Virus record (IMG/VR): IMGVR_UViG_3300035670_000259
Coordinates: 1-56,186 of that record
From: a virus
Taxonomy: Duplodnaviria > Caudoviricetes
Reading direction: 5' to 3' (one strand)
Length of the DNA: 56,186 nucleotides
Part shown: positions 25,782 through 36,213 of the stretch, piece by piece
Layout of the letters: every line of letters starts with the position of its first letter
How positions within the stretch are numbered: position 1 is the first letter of the stretch
Notes under the pieces: model-generated
The model's database searches: none
What the model was told of the DNA's origin: nothing
Seen by the model: the letters and a program-made list of their open reading frames with translations, nothing else
Position numbers and translations under genes: made by a program

Positions 25782-25853
25782 ACCATATTTACCTCCATTT
25801 AAAATAAATTTTAATTTAACAAAAGGTTATAGTTCTGATACTATAAAAATAAG

Positions 25854-26333
25854 ATGTTTACAAAAAGCCAAATCGAAGAAATAGTAAATCTACTGATTAC
25901 CCTAGATTCTAATACTAAGATTTATCTGGGGTGTGATAGTGTACGTACTTTTAGAAACGGTAGATTCTATGGTAGATACGCGACTGTTTGTATCGTTCAT
26001 AAAAATGGTAATAAAGGTTGTAAGATATTTAGCCATACTTCTATGGAACCTGACTACGATCTTAAACAAGGCAGACCTAAAATGCGTATGATGAATGAGG
26101 TACAAAAAGTATGTCAGCTATATACACAGTTAGCACCATTTATTGATGAATTTGATATTGAAATTCACCTTGACATTAACACTGATCCTAAGCATGGGTC
26201 TAATTGTGCTGCAAACGAAGCTGCAGGGTATGTTCTAGGTATGACTGGTATAACTCCAAAACTTAAACCTGAAAGCTGGGCTGCTAGCTTCGGAGCGGAT
26301 GGAGTAGCACACGGGAGAGTCGGAGTTGAGTGA
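25854..26333 (+). CDS. RNase H-like YkuK family protein
   Basis: IYLGCDS...YAT..IVH...R.M.EV...EIHLDIN...KPESWAAS..AD. Confidence 0.85.
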   Translation: MFTKSQIEEIVNLLITLDSNTKIYLGCDSVRTFRNGRFYGRYATVCIVHKNGNKGCKIFSHTSMEPDYDLKQGRPKMRMMNEVQKVCQLYTQLAPFIDEFDIEIHLDINTDPKHGSNCAANEAAGYVLGMTGITPKLKPESWAASFGADGVAHGRVGVE

Positions 26334-26619
26334 TCCAAAAGACAGCTACAGGCTAAAGAATTTACGAGTATTTACAGAGCGAATTGTCTCTATGATGCGA
26401 GATTATGATATTAGCCTGAAACAAGCTGTCTTATGGGATATGGAAGGATTTGGAAACTATGACCCTACAATATCTGCTCATATTCAACATTATCTGTTAG
26501 TAAATGGTATTCGTAACGCAAACGATAGACTTTTTTATATCAAAGTTCTACGCGGATTCACACCTGATATTAAATTAAAAGAGTTAGAAAATAACAATGA
26601 CACCCCAGGAGATAAGTGA
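26326..26619 (+). CDS. Hypothetical protein
   Basis: 97 aa ORF overlapping the previous gene. Confidence 0.5.
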   Translation: MSDPKDSYRLKNLRVFTERIVSMMRDYDISLKQAVLWDMEGFGNYDPTISAHIQHYLLVNGIRNANDRLFYIKVLRGFTPDIKLKELENNNDTPGDK

Positions 26620-26836
26620 TTACAAGTTAAAGTGGTTACCCGGTTATTCAGTACGCCTACATTCTGATTTAGACTGGACAGGTAAAGATTGGTGTAGGAA
26701 AAACTTAGAACGACATCAGTGGAGTTTTAAGCCTTGGACAGCAGTATATGAGCATACTTTTTATTTTGAGGATCAGAAAGCTGCTCAAAATTTTGAACTA
26801 GAATTTGGAACCTTTGCAAACCAAAAGAGGGTATAA
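26597..26836 (+). CDS. Conserved phage hypothetical protein
   Basis: 79 aa; V.LHSD...KDWCRK...VYEHTFYFE. Confidence 0.65.
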   Translation: MTPQEISDYKLKWLPGYSVRLHSDLDWTGKDWCRKNLERHQWSFKPWTAVYEHTFYFEDQKAAQNFELEFGTFANQKRV

Positions 26837-27207
26837 TGTCTAAACAATATGTTGTAGTAACCACAGTGCAAACTTTTCGCCATCGTTATGTAATTCCGGT
26901 AGACAAGCTTCAAGCACGTAACCCAAATAATACTGTAGATCCTGCATGGGCTCTAGACTGTGTTACTTGTGAAGAAGTAAAAGAGTTTTCTCAGCTTCAT
27001 CTGGGAGAGCAGATTCTTGATTCTAAAGTAGCCTCAGAAGAAGAAGTTCTCGAGTTGTTTGACTCTGATAATGGCTATCTGAAAGGTTGGGATCTTGACT
27101 ATAAACTTGAGTGGATCAATGATTGCTGGGAAGGCTCACAAGAATCTTATCATTCCTATCTTTCTCGTAGATTTAGTGAGACTAAAGAGTCTAACTCTGT
27201 TTTGTAG
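26836..27207 (+). CDS. Conserved phage hypothetical protein
   Basis: FRHRYVI...WALDCVT..EVKEFSQLHLGEQI. Confidence 0.65.
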   Translation: MSKQYVVVTTVQTFRHRYVIPVDKLQARNPNNTVDPAWALDCVTCEEVKEFSQLHLGEQILDSKVASEEEVLELFDSDNGYLKGWDLDYKLEWINDCWEGSQESYHSYLSRRFSETKESNSVL

Positions 27208-27295
27208 TGTAGTAAATATATCACACTTATCAGATAAAATGTAAAATACACTTGACGAGTGCTATTCTATAATTATATACTATAAAGGTAATCAG

Positions 27296-27520
27296 ATGAA
27301 ACAACTTAAAGCTGGTGATTGGGTTAAGCTTTACCCTAAATCACCCTCAGCTAACTCTCGTATTGAAGCAAACGGAAATCACTGGGTCGTACAAGAACTA
27401 TTTCCTACTCAAATGCGTGTGCGCTCCTCGGAGCGCACATTTGGTTCTAAGAACGCTAAAAGATACGATGGTATGATTATTTGGCTAGAGCACGACCCTA
27501 ACTATGACTGGTCATTATGA
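27296..27520 (+). CDS. Hypothetical protein
   Basis: 74 aa ORF after TTGACG promoter. Confidence 0.55.
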   Translation: MKQLKAGDWVKLYPKSPSANSRIEANGNHWVVQELFPTQMRVRSSERTFGSKNAKRYDGMIIWLEHDPNYDWSL

Positions 27521-27680
27521 AACGTAACAACCCTATATCCATAGAATACTATTTAGATGTTAGAATCACGCAGTTACGAGAAGATATGGCTAAAGCCAGT
27601 GATCCTTATGACGTAATGTGGTATAATAGACTAGTTCAAGAAATTTTATGGATCAAACGAGTAATTGAAGGCTCAGAAAA

Positions 27681-28229
27681 ATGAAAAGTGGTATAAAGGT
27701 TCCTAACGTAATTTTTTGGACTAGGGTTAGGGACGAAAGCGTAGAAGGACCTAATCCTTATCGTTGGCAGCCTGCTCTTACTTCTGACTTTTTTGATAAT
27801 AAGCGAGTGTTAGTATTTTCTCTTCCAGGAGCATTTACTCCTACTTGCTCTACGTATCAAGTGCCAGGTTTTGAAGATAGCTATGAAAAGATAAAAAGCC
27901 TAGGTATTGACGAGGTTTACTGTATATCAGTAAATGATTCTTTTGTTATGAATAAGTGGGCAAAAGATCAAAACATTCATAATATTAAAATGATTCCCGA
28001 TGGCAACGGCGAGTTCACTCGTCAGATGGGAATGCTTGTACAAAAACTTAATTTAGGTTTTGGATTACGTTCATGGCGTTACGCTATGATTGTAAATAAC
28101 GGGACGGTCGAACAATGGTTTGAAGAACCTGGTCGTCGCGATAATGCAGATGAAGACCCTTATGGGGTTACATCTCCAGAAAATGTGTTAGCCTACTTAG
28201 AAATGTGTGATTTCGTAGCTAACGCTTGA
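27681..28229 (+). CDS. Peroxiredoxin (Prx5/redoxin family)
   Basis: SLPGAFTPTCS, SVNDSFVM, PDGNGEFT, GFGLRSWRYAM. Confidence 0.95.
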   Translation: MKSGIKVPNVIFWTRVRDESVEGPNPYRWQPALTSDFFDNKRVLVFSLPGAFTPTCSTYQVPGFEDSYEKIKSLGIDEVYCISVNDSFVMNKWAKDQNIHNIKMIPDGNGEFTRQMGMLVQKLNLGFGLRSWRYAMIVNNGTVEQWFEEPGRRDNADEDPYGVTSPENVLAYLEMCDFVANA

Positions 28230-28245
28230 AAAGGAAGAATTGTAA

Positions 28246-29010
28246 ATGAAAAAAGTACTATTAAGCACTGTTGCAGTCTTGGCACTAGCCTCTACCGCAC
28301 ATGCGGGTGTAATTGCTGGTGAAGCAACTGTAGATATCGCTGAGAACTCTGCAGGAAACTATGCTGGTTCTTTAGGCGTAGACCTAGATGTTTCTAGTTC
28401 TGTAGGTAGCGTAGAGCTAGGTTTTACTGCTGCTCCAGGTGGTGATCTTAACCTAGATACTTGGACTGTTGGAACCTCTATTGGTAGCATTGGGCTATCT
28501 TTTGGTAATGACAACAGTGTGTTTGTAGAAGCTGAAGGAGAGCAAACTATTGCAGCACCTGCAATGACAGAAGCTCTTAAATTAACTGCAGGAGACGCTG
28601 CCGTAGCGTTCGGCTTCTCTGATTGGGACTCAGATATTACTGATATCAGCAATATTCAAGGTTCCTATGTTCTAGGCACTTCTCTAGGCAATATTAAAGG
28701 TGCCGTTGACTACAACTTTGACTCTAAAAATGTAGTTCTAGGCGCAGAGCTCAGTGAAGTTTCTGTTGGCAGCGCACTACTTGGCGCTACTGTAACCTAC
28801 GATGTAGATGCAAAGCTAGTAGCCTATGAAGGTGTTGCTGAAATCTCTGCCATTACTGCATATGTTAACGGCGATCAAGATGATATGCTACAGAACGTAG
28901 GCGGCGAATATGTATACGCTTTAGGAAGAGCAGGACTTACAGCAGGAGCTGTCTATAATTTTGATTCAGAAGAAATCTCTCCAACAGTTGGACTAGCATT
29001 TAACTTCTAA
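28246..29010 (+). CDS. Outer-membrane porin-like beta-barrel protein
   Basis: Sec signal MKKVLLSTVAVLALASTAHA; alternating beta strands; C-terminal GLAFNF BamA signal. Confidence 0.8.
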   Translation: MKKVLLSTVAVLALASTAHAGVIAGEATVDIAENSAGNYAGSLGVDLDVSSSVGSVELGFTAAPGGDLNLDTWTVGTSIGSIGLSFGNDNSVFVEAEGEQTIAAPAMTEALKLTAGDAAVAFGFSDWDSDITDISNIQGSYVLGTSLGNIKGAVDYNFDSKNVVLGAELSEVSVGSALLGATVTYDVDAKLVAYEGVAEISAITAYVNGDQDDMLQNVGGEYVYALGRAGLTAGAVYNFDSEEISPTVGLAFNF

Positions 29011-29066
29011 TTAACACTACTAGTGCCAGGGTTTTCCTGGCACTACTTTTTCTGAAAGGGACTACA

Positions 29067-29471
29067 ATGAGTTCAGTAGATTTGAACCGCTATAAACATT
29101 TTGTCAATGCCGTAACTAGTAAAGAAAGCAATGAGCTAGAGAATCTAAAAGCCAGACTAGATGATCTAAATCAAACTGTAAACATTTCTTTGTTGTTGAC
29201 TGGCTCTATTGGTATTGCAAGTGAAGGAGGAGAGTTTAGTGAGATTGTTAAAAAGTGTGTATTTCAGGGCAAGCCTCTGGATGACGCCACAGTATTTCAT
29301 ATTAAGCGAGAACTTGGCGATATTATGTGGTATTGGATTAATAGTTGCAGGGCGTTAGGATTAGACCCTAATGATGTAATTGCTGAGAATGTAAAGAAGC
29401 TAGAGGCTAGATACCCTTCAGGTTCTTTTGACGTTTTCTACAGTGAGAATAGAAAAGAAGGCGACCTCTAA
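29067..29471 (+). CDS. mazG: MazG-like NTP pyrophosphohydrolase
   Basis: GIASEGGEFSEIVKK...KRELGDIMWY...NVKKLEARYP. Confidence 0.9.
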   Translation: MSSVDLNRYKHFVNAVTSKESNELENLKARLDDLNQTVNISLLLTGSIGIASEGGEFSEIVKKCVFQGKPLDDATVFHIKRELGDIMWYWINSCRALGLDPNDVIAENVKKLEARYPSGSFDVFYSENRKEGDL

Positions 29472-29473
29472 TA

Positions 29474-30241
29474 ATGGCTAACCTCATAATTGCTGGATAC
29501 GGTTTTGTAGGATCTGCAGTAGGAGAGGCCCTAAAGCCTGTTCACGATATTATTGTAGTTGATCCAAAGATAAATAATGCAAAAGTATATGACTATGATA
29601 ATGTAGACGGAGTTATCTTATGCCTACCTACTCCTCAAAACGTAGACGGCAGTTGTGATATTTCTTATCTAGAAGATGTACTACAAGAGTGCTACCCTGA
29701 GATTCCAATTCTCATTAAGTCTACAATGAGTATTGAAGGGTATAGATACCTACAAAACGAATTTAAAACGCTACGCATAAGCTATTCTCCAGAGTTCTTA
29801 ACTGCTGCTAATGCCGCAGAAGACTTTAAGAATCAAAGCTACTATTACATTGCAGGACCAGATGTAGAGTTTTGGGGAAGAGTATTTAAAGCAGCGCTGC
29901 CTAACGCAGTACAAAAAACAACCTCTAGCGTAGAAGAGCTTATTTTAGTAAAATACTTTAGAAACTCTTTTCTATCTGTCAAAGTAGCCTACGCTAATCA
30001 GATGTATGACTTCTGTGAGGCATTTAATATTCCTTACGAGAACGTAATGCAGAAATTTGGAGAAGATCCTAGAATCGGATTTAGCCATACTCAAGTTCCA
30101 GGACCTGATGGCTCAAGAGGGTTTGGAGGGGCTTGCTTCCCAAAAGATACTGCAGCTATACTATATACAGCAGACTTATATAATCAACCACTCAGTATTA
30201 TTGAAGCAGCTGTAAACTATAACAATCTATTAAGGAATTAA
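29474..30241 (+). CDS. ugd: UDP-glucose/GDP-mannose dehydrogenase family protein
   Basis: GYGFVG, CLPTP, IKST, SPEFL, K..RNSFL, GFGGACFPKD; C-terminal domain absent. Confidence 0.85.
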   Translation: MANLIIAGYGFVGSAVGEALKPVHDIIVVDPKINNAKVYDYDNVDGVILCLPTPQNVDGSCDISYLEDVLQECYPEIPILIKSTMSIEGYRYLQNEFKTLRISYSPEFLTAANAAEDFKNQSYYYIAGPDVEFWGRVFKAALPNAVQKTTSSVEELILVKYFRNSFLSVKVAYANQMYDFCEAFNIPYENVMQKFGEDPRIGFSHTQVPGPDGSRGFGGACFPKDTAAILYTADLYNQPLSIIEAAVNYNNLLRN

Positions 30242-30242
30242 A

Positions 30243-30869
30243 ATGTCAGGCTTTCAAGTTACAGTTAATGGTCATAGTATTTATGGTTATTCTAGGTACT
30301 TAAATTTCTATCGAGATATTGTATCCAACTCAAAAGACGGAGAGTTATTTGTAGAGGTTGGTAGTTTTCTAGGACAGTCTACTGCTGCTATGGGAAAATT
30401 TATTAAAGACTCTGCTAAGCGTATCGACTTTCATGCTGTAGATATCTTTGAATTATCTACTTTTAGTGACGAGCCACACTATAAAGTAATTGCGGATCAT
30501 GGTGGCGACTTTTATGGCATTTTTCAAAGTAACCTTGAAAAAGCTCAAGTTAGAGACTACGTAAATCCTGTAAAAGCTACTTCTGTAGAAGCCGCAGCTT
30601 TGTATGAGGATAGATCTATTGATTTCTTAATGATTGATGCTTCTCATGCTTACGCAGATGTTGTAGATGATATTGTCGCGTGGTATCCTAAAGTTAAGCT
30701 GGGTGGTATTATTTCAGGTGATGACTACGATTTTGAAGAAGTATTTAAAGCAGTACAAGATACTTGTGGTAGAGCTGTAATGGTATACCCAAATACTACT
30801 TGGTGGTTCAGAAAGCAATTTGCAGAGCTAGAAGACCAGAAAAATTTTAATCCAGAAGCGACAGCTTAA
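30243..30869 (+). CDS. Class I SAM-dependent methyltransferase (Methyltransf_24-like)
   Basis: VEVGSFLGQST; IDFLMIDASHAY; GGIISGDDY. Confidence 0.88.
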   Translation: MSGFQVTVNGHSIYGYSRYLNFYRDIVSNSKDGELFVEVGSFLGQSTAAMGKFIKDSAKRIDFHAVDIFELSTFSDEPHYKVIADHGGDFYGIFQSNLEKAQVRDYVNPVKATSVEAAALYEDRSIDFLMIDASHAYADVVDDIVAWYPKVKLGGIISGDDYDFEEVFKAVQDTCGRAVMVYPNTTWWFRKQFAELEDQKNFNPEATA

Positions 30870-30874
30870 AGAGT

Positions 30875-30903
30875 CTGTCACAAAACTGTTACAAAATTGT
30901 GAT
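30875..30903 (+). promoter_or_regulatory. Pho box (PhoB binding site)
   Basis: CTGTCAC-AAAA-CTGTTAC-AAAA-TTGTGAT, 11-bp periodic repeats upstream of pstS. Confidence 0.85.
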
Positions 30904-30951
30904 ATTCTATAAACACCATAGCCTGGTCTATGTATTTTATAGGAGAAAGTC

Positions 30952-31914
30952 ATGATTAAAATTCTAACTATTGCAGGAGCTATAACCTTATTAGCTTCTG
31001 CATCTTTTGCAAGAGATCAGATTCAAATAACTGGTTCTTCGACAGTTCTGCCGTACGCAACTATTGTAGCAGAGGCTTTTGGAGAGAACTTTGAATTTCC
31101 TTCACCAGTTGTAGAAGGTGGAGGTTCTGGGGCAGGGCGTAAAAAACTATGCGAAGGTGTTGGTGAGAACACTGTTGACATTGCAAACAGCTCGTCAAAG
31201 ATGAAAGACGAAGAATGGGCAGCCTGCGAAGCGGCAATTGGTAAGATCACTGAAGTGCGTATTGGTTATGACGGTATCGTCTTTGCGTCTAACATTGGAC
31301 AGCTCAATATCAAGGACTTAACAGCAGTTCAACTGTATACTGCCCTACACGCAGACAGCACTGCAAAGCTTTGGAGCGATGTAGATCCTACACTGCCAGC
31401 AGTGGAGATACTTGCTTATATTCCAGGCACTAAACACGGAACACGCGAAGTGTTCGATGTAAAGGTTATGGAAGAAGGCTGCAAAGCAGTACTTGGAGTA
31501 GAAAAACTTTCTAAGGACGAAGCTAAAGAATGCGTAAAAGTTCGTACTGATGGGGTTGCAGTTGATATTGACGGCGACTATACCGAAACACTTGCACGTC
31601 TAGATGCTAACCCAACAGCTCTTGGTGTATTTGGTCTTAGCTTTTATCAAAATAATACCAATAAGCTAGAAGTGGCAACTATTAACGGAGTATTCCCAAG
31701 TGTAGAAACTATTTCTGCTGGAGACTACCCAATTAGCCGTCCACTATATTTCTATGTTAAAAATGCGCATCTGGATATTATTCCGGGACTTAAAGAGTAT
31801 ATAGAGTTTTTTATTAGTGATGATATAGCTGGTACAGACGGTCCTCTTGCTCAATACGGTCTAGTTCCAGATCCAGAGCTAGCTATAACTCAAGCACTTG
31901 TATCAGGACTTTAG
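30952..31914 (+). CDS. pstS: Phosphate ABC transporter substrate-binding protein PstS
   Basis: Signal peptide; ITGSSTVLP, GGGSGAG, DIANSS, IGYDGIV, YPISRPLYFYVK. Confidence 0.95.
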   Translation: MIKILTIAGAITLLASASFARDQIQITGSSTVLPYATIVAEAFGENFEFPSPVVEGGGSGAGRKKLCEGVGENTVDIANSSSKMKDEEWAACEAAIGKITEVRIGYDGIVFASNIGQLNIKDLTAVQLYTALHADSTAKLWSDVDPTLPAVEILAYIPGTKHGTREVFDVKVMEEGCKAVLGVEKLSKDEAKECVKVRTDGVAVDIDGDYTETLARLDANPTALGVFGLSFYQNNTNKLEVATINGVFPSVETISAGDYPISRPLYFYVKNAHLDIIPGLKEYIEFFISDDIAGTDGPLAQYGLVPDPELAITQALVSGL

Positions 31915-31996
31915 TTTATAATCTAAACTATTTATAGTTGACATTTTTACCTCTCAATGTTACTATTGAGAGGTAAATTGTATTCAGGGAGTAAAT

Positions 31997-32431
31997 ATGC
32001 GAGTAGGATTTACCGCTTCTACTTTTGATTTACTACATGCAGGCCATGTAGCTATGTTGAGAGAAGCAAAAGAACAATGTGACTATTTAATTTGTGCTCT
32101 GCAAGTTGATCCTAGTGTAGATAGAGCAGAAAAGAATAAACCTATCCAGACTCTAGTTGAGAGATATATTCAGCTATCTGGGGTTAAATACGTAGACGAA
32201 ATTGTATGTTATCAAACTGAAGAAGATCTAAAAGATATTTTAGAACTTTATGATATTCATGTTAAGATAATGGGAGAAGAGTACCGAAATAAAGACTTTA
32301 CAGGTAAAGACATATGTAAACGTCGCGGTATTCAACTTTATTTTAACAAGAGAGATCATAGATTTTCAACTAGTGACTTGCGTCGTAGAGTCGCAGAAAG
32401 AGAGTCTACGACGGAGACTAAGAATGAGTAA
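31997..32431 (+). CDS. Glycerol-3-phosphate cytidylyltransferase-like (TagD family)
   Basis: TFDLLHAGH; KYVDEIV; RDHRFSTSDLR. Confidence 0.88.
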   Translation: MRVGFTASTFDLLHAGHVAMLREAKEQCDYLICALQVDPSVDRAEKNKPIQTLVERYIQLSGVKYVDEIVCYQTEEDLKDILELYDIHVKIMGEEYRNKDFTGKDICKRRGIQLYFNKRDHRFSTSDLRRRVAERESTTETKNE

Positions 32432-32681
32432 AGTACAACCTACTTCTAATGGATATAGCCTGTATAGCTTAAATGTTCAGCCTACTTATCCAGTAGATAT
32501 TATAAGAATGGCGTACAGGCAGCCTAATGTAGAACTGCCTAATAAGAACAGGATTGAAGAGTTAGAAGACAGAGTTAAAGAGCTAGAGACCCTGATTTTA
32601 GATCTTCAAGGCAGGTTAACGCTGACAGAGAATGAAGTAGAAATAATCAGAATGGAAGGCTGTTGGCAGCTTAAGAAGTAA
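32424..32681 (+). CDS. Hypothetical coiled-coil protein
   Basis: RIEELEDRVKELETL heptads. Confidence 0.5.
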   Translation: MSKVQPTSNGYSLYSLNVQPTYPVDIIRMAYRQPNVELPNKNRIEELEDRVKELETLILDLQGRLTLTENEVEIIRMEGCWQLKK

Positions 32682-32749
32682 AAAACAGTTTGACACTCTG
32701 CTATATCTTAGGCTACTATAAGAGATAAGCTAATTTATAGGAGAGAAAA

Positions 32750-32989
32750 ATGGCTAAAAAAGGTGGAAAGTCTAAAGGCAACGTGTCTGCAGGTATCAAC
32801 TCTAACGTGTCCAAAGCTGTATCGAAGGCTATGCGTAGAGAGTATCTTGAGTCAGGTGACCGTGTGCTCAATCAACTTGACGCTTTTCGTAAAGGTCGGA
32901 ATGTGATGCTTACTATTCCTAACCCTAATCCGAATGAAACTAATAAGCGTTTTATTCGTGTGCCTGCCTCTCAGGTTTGGAAGTCTTAA
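32750..32989 (+). CDS. Conserved basic phage protein
   Basis: AGGAG RBS; KGRNVMLTIPNPNPNETNKRFIRVPA. Confidence 0.7.
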   Translation: MAKKGGKSKGNVSAGINSNVSKAVSKAMRREYLESGDRVLNQLDAFRKGRNVMLTIPNPNPNETNKRFIRVPASQVWKS

Positions 32990-33192
32990 TGGATATTTTT
33001 AATCTTCTTGAGCTAAAAGACATTATCTTTGCAATGTTTGTTGGCGGTTCTACATGGTACTCATACAAGCTAGGCTGGCAACGTGGCGTAGCTTATGGAG
33101 TAGACGAATCTATTGACCTGCTCGCAGAAGCAGGTCTAATAGAAGTAGAACACTCCGACGATGGAGAAGTAACCCTTTCTAAAGCTAAATGA
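32989..33192 (+). CDS. Hypothetical protein
   Basis: Translationally coupled ORF. Confidence 0.55.
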   Translation: MDIFNLLELKDIIFAMFVGGSTWYSYKLGWQRGVAYGVDESIDLLAEAGLIEVEHSDDGEVTLSKAK

Positions 33193-33199
33193 GGCTGTA

Positions 33200-33751
33200 A
33201 TGTTCTTTAAAGATATTAAACAGTTTGAAGATTTAGCTAACTATTATATCAACGTTTCTTGCAAAGAAGTCTGCAAATTGACGGACCTTCACGACTTTGA
33301 TCTAGCTTTTGTAAAACTTGATTGGTCTAAGCGCAGAGTTTCTTCTAGAGGGGGTTGGTATCCTGCTAATGGTGGCGCAGGAGTTAGCATAGCTATGTCT
33401 GTCTGCTCTAGGCCCACAAACGGTGAAATCATCAGAGTTTATGAGTATAAAGCTTTTGATGATTCTCCTATTATTGGCGGATTCTACACTAGAAATGTAG
33501 AAAATAAACTCGCCATGCACTGCCTACATGAAGTAGCACATGCTGCTCAGTATTGGCGTAAATACCTTAAAAAACTTGATGCAGGCTTGCCTCATGGAGA
33601 TATTTGGAGAGGTATCTACGCTCACCTACGGCGTTCTATCTTGAACCCCCGACTAGAAGATCAAACACTTCTAGCAAAAGAATACAATAATTTTATAGAA
33701 AGTATTGAGTCTCCATTACAGCGTAAGCTAATGGTAGCAGCCTCCAGGTGA
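33200..33751 (+). CDS. Zincin-like metallopeptidase (SprT-like)
   Basis: LHEVAHA HExxH and PHGDIWR third ligand. Confidence 0.7.
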   Translation: MFFKDIKQFEDLANYYINVSCKEVCKLTDLHDFDLAFVKLDWSKRRVSSRGGWYPANGGAGVSIAMSVCSRPTNGEIIRVYEYKAFDDSPIIGGFYTRNVENKLAMHCLHEVAHAAQYWRKYLKKLDAGLPHGDIWRGIYAHLRRSILNPRLEDQTLLAKEYNNFIESIESPLQRKLMVAASR

Positions 33752-33778
33752 GGCTGCACAAGACTCTAGGAGAGATTT

Positions 33779-34615
33779 ATGGCATTTACTTTAACAGAAG
33801 AGATGGTGACTGCACTATTACCAAAAGCTAAAGATATCAAAGAATGGCACGCAGCTATGACAGAGCTGTTCCCTCAGTACGGTATTGACACTCCACAGCG
33901 TATAGCAGGTTTTATTGCGCAGTGTGGTCACGAATCTGCAGGATTTACAGTTTTAGAAGAAAACTTAAACTACAGCGAAAAAGGCTTAATGGCAACGTTC
34001 CCTAAGTATTTTAGAGACCGTAGCCCTGCTGCATATGAACGCAAGCCTGAAGCTATTGCAAACGTAGTATACGCTAACCGTATGGGAAATGGTAGTGAAA
34101 AGTCTGGAGACGGTTGGAAGTTTCGTGGTCGTGGAGTAATCCAGCTTACAGGTTTTGAAAACTATACAAACTTTGCTAAAGCTGTTGGAAAAGACGTAGA
34201 CCAAGTTATTAAGTATCTAGGCACTAAAAAAGGTGCTTTACATAGTGCGTGTTGGTACTGGGATTCTCGCAATATCAATGCTACTGCAGACGCAGGCGAT
34301 ATTGTAAAAATGACTAAACTAATCAATGGCGGCACTATTGGTTTAGAAGATCGTAAAAAGCACTATGAACACGCATTAGAAATTCTAGGAGTACGTGGCG
34401 CAGCCCCAAAGCCTGCAGCGAAGCCAGCAGCCCCGCCAGCAGCTACATCAGCAGAACCTACTATGGCGGAGATTCAAGCTAAGCTAGGTCTTGTAGCTGA
34501 CGGAATTAAAGGCCCAAAGACTATTGAGGCTATCAAAGAGTTTCAAACTAAACACGGTTTAGTAGCAGATGGTGTTCCTGGACCAAAAACATTAGCAGCA
34601 TTATTCGGAGGATAA
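33779..34615 (+). CDS. GH19 endolysin with C-terminal peptidoglycan-binding domain
   Basis: FIAQCGHES, EENLNYS, DGWKFRGRGVIQLTG..NY, INGG..GLEDR; Pro/Ala linker; FQ..HGLVADGVPGPKT. Confidence 0.93.
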   Translation: MAFTLTEEMVTALLPKAKDIKEWHAAMTELFPQYGIDTPQRIAGFIAQCGHESAGFTVLEENLNYSEKGLMATFPKYFRDRSPAAYERKPEAIANVVYANRMGNGSEKSGDGWKFRGRGVIQLTGFENYTNFAKAVGKDVDQVIKYLGTKKGALHSACWYWDSRNINATADAGDIVKMTKLINGGTIGLEDRKKHYEHALEILGVRGAAPKPAAKPAAPPAATSAEPTMAEIQAKLGLVADGIKGPKTIEAIKEFQTKHGLVADGVPGPKTLAALFGG

Positions 34616-34616
34616 A

Positions 34617-34817
34617 ATGCAAGTTCGTCTATCTATTACCTCTAACTATAGTGATACAGAAAAAGGCGTAAGCTTTCCTGATATCGAAATTAGTAAAGAG
34701 TTTGAAGGTCGTACTCCTACAGCAGAAGAACTAGAAGAGCTTGTCTCTCTGTTTCGTCGTTGCATAGTAGTAGATACAACTAGTAAACCCAAAGTAAGGG
34801 AACTAGGAAGTGCCTAA
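34617..34817 (+). CDS. Hypothetical protein
   Basis: 66 aa ORF with GGAGG RBS. Confidence 0.55.
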   Translation: MQVRLSITSNYSDTEKGVSFPDIEISKEFEGRTPTAEELEELVSLFRRCIVVDTTSKPKVRELGSA

Positions 34818-34982
34818 AAAACATAGTTTAAAACAGTTAGAGGCATTTGCAAAAGACTGGGGTCTTTATAAATGGATGAATGCTGACAATCCAGATAATG
34901 AAAAGCCCCCAGCTAAAAAACCGTATAAAGGAAAACCTAAAGGCGGTAAAGACAATAAGCCTTCTTACAATAAGAGGCCTAA

Positions 34983-35993
34983 ATGAAAACAGCACTAATA
35001 ACTGGTGTTACTGGACAAGATGGGGGCTACTTAGCTGAGTTGCTCCTATCTAAAGGGTACGAGGTTCATAGTATAAAACGCAGAACTGCTGCGGACTATA
35101 TTAAGAGAATCGAACATATTGTAGATCATCCTAATTTTCACCTACACTATGGAGACCTGACCGATACTGGTTGTTTGGTAAAGCTGTTCTCTACTTATCA
35201 GTTTGATGAGGTGTACAATCTAGGCGCTCAATCTCACGTGCGAGTGTCTTTTGACATCCCAGAGTATACTGCAGATGTAGATGCTCTGGGCACTGTCAGA
35301 CTTCTTGAATGTATTCGTACACTGGGGCTGATGGATAAAACTAAATTCTATCAAGCTTCTACTTCAGAGCTGTACGGAAAAGTACAAGAAACTCCTCAGA
35401 CTGAAACTACTCCTTTCTACCCACGCTCTCCGTATGGCTGTGCTAAGCTATACTCTTACTGGATCGTAAAGAACTATAGAGAGTCTTACGGACTGCACGG
35501 CTCAAACGGTATTCTATTTAACCATGAATCACCTTGGAGAGGATCAGAGTTTGTTACTCAAAAGATTATTCAAGGAGTGGCAGATATCAGCAAAGGTCTT
35601 CGTTCCGAGATAGAGCTAGGTAATCTAGATGCTCAGAGAGATTGGGGACATGCTAAAGATTTTGTCGAAGGCATGTACTTAATGCTTCAGCAACCTCAAG
35701 GTGACGACTACGTACTCGCTACGGGAGAGCTGCACTCTGTTAGAGAACTTGTAGAGATTGCGTTTGCTAAAGTAGGTAAAACTATTCACTGGCAGGGAAA
35801 AGGCGCATCTGAAGTTGGGTATGACGATCATGCTATTCCACGGGTACGAATCAATCCTGATTTCTATCGTCCTGCAGAAGTAGAGATGTTACTAGGAGAC
35901 GCTACTAAAGCTAAAACAGTTCTTGGGTGGAAACCAAAGTATAATTTTGAAGCTCTTGTAAACGACATGATGGAGGCGGCTCTTGCCAGATGA
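34983..35993 (+). CDS. gmd: GDP-mannose 4,6-dehydratase
   Basis: [48 protein letters not shown]. Confidence 0.97.
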   Translation: MKTALITGVTGQDGGYLAELLLSKGYEVHSIKRRTAADYIKRIEHIVDHPNFHLHYGDLTDTGCLVKLFSTYQFDEVYNLGAQSHVRVSFDIPEYTADVDALGTVRLLECIRTLGLMDKTKFYQASTSELYGKVQETPQTETTPFYPRSPYGCAKLYSYWIVKNYRESYGLHGSNGILFNHESPWRGSEFVTQKIIQGVADISKGLRSEIELGNLDAQRDWGHAKDFVEGMYLMLQQPQGDDYVLATGELHSVRELVEIAFAKVGKTIHWQGKGASEVGYDDHAIPRVRINPDFYRPAEVEMLLGDATKAKTVLGWKPKYNFEALVNDMMEAALAR

Positions 35994-36213
35994 AGAAGTT
36001 GATGAAATACTGTTTACAGACTTCGAGACCTTCGCGTTAAATAAAGTTATTGATGGACATGATCCTATTGCTTGTGCTATGATTATGATAACGCTAGGAA
36101 TAAGCGCTTGTAAGCTTATTCTTACCAGAAAAGAGCAGATGTATCTTCTTGACCTGATCGAAGAGCATATCACAAGTAGCGATACGGAGCGTAAAAAAAT
36201 AACTTTACACTAG
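35983..36213 (+). CDS. Hypothetical protein
   Basis: 76 aa ORF overlapping gmd stop. Confidence 0.5.
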   Translation: MPDEEVDEILFTDFETFALNKVIDGHDPIACAMIMITLGISACKLILTRKEQMYLLDLIEEHITSSDTERKKITLH

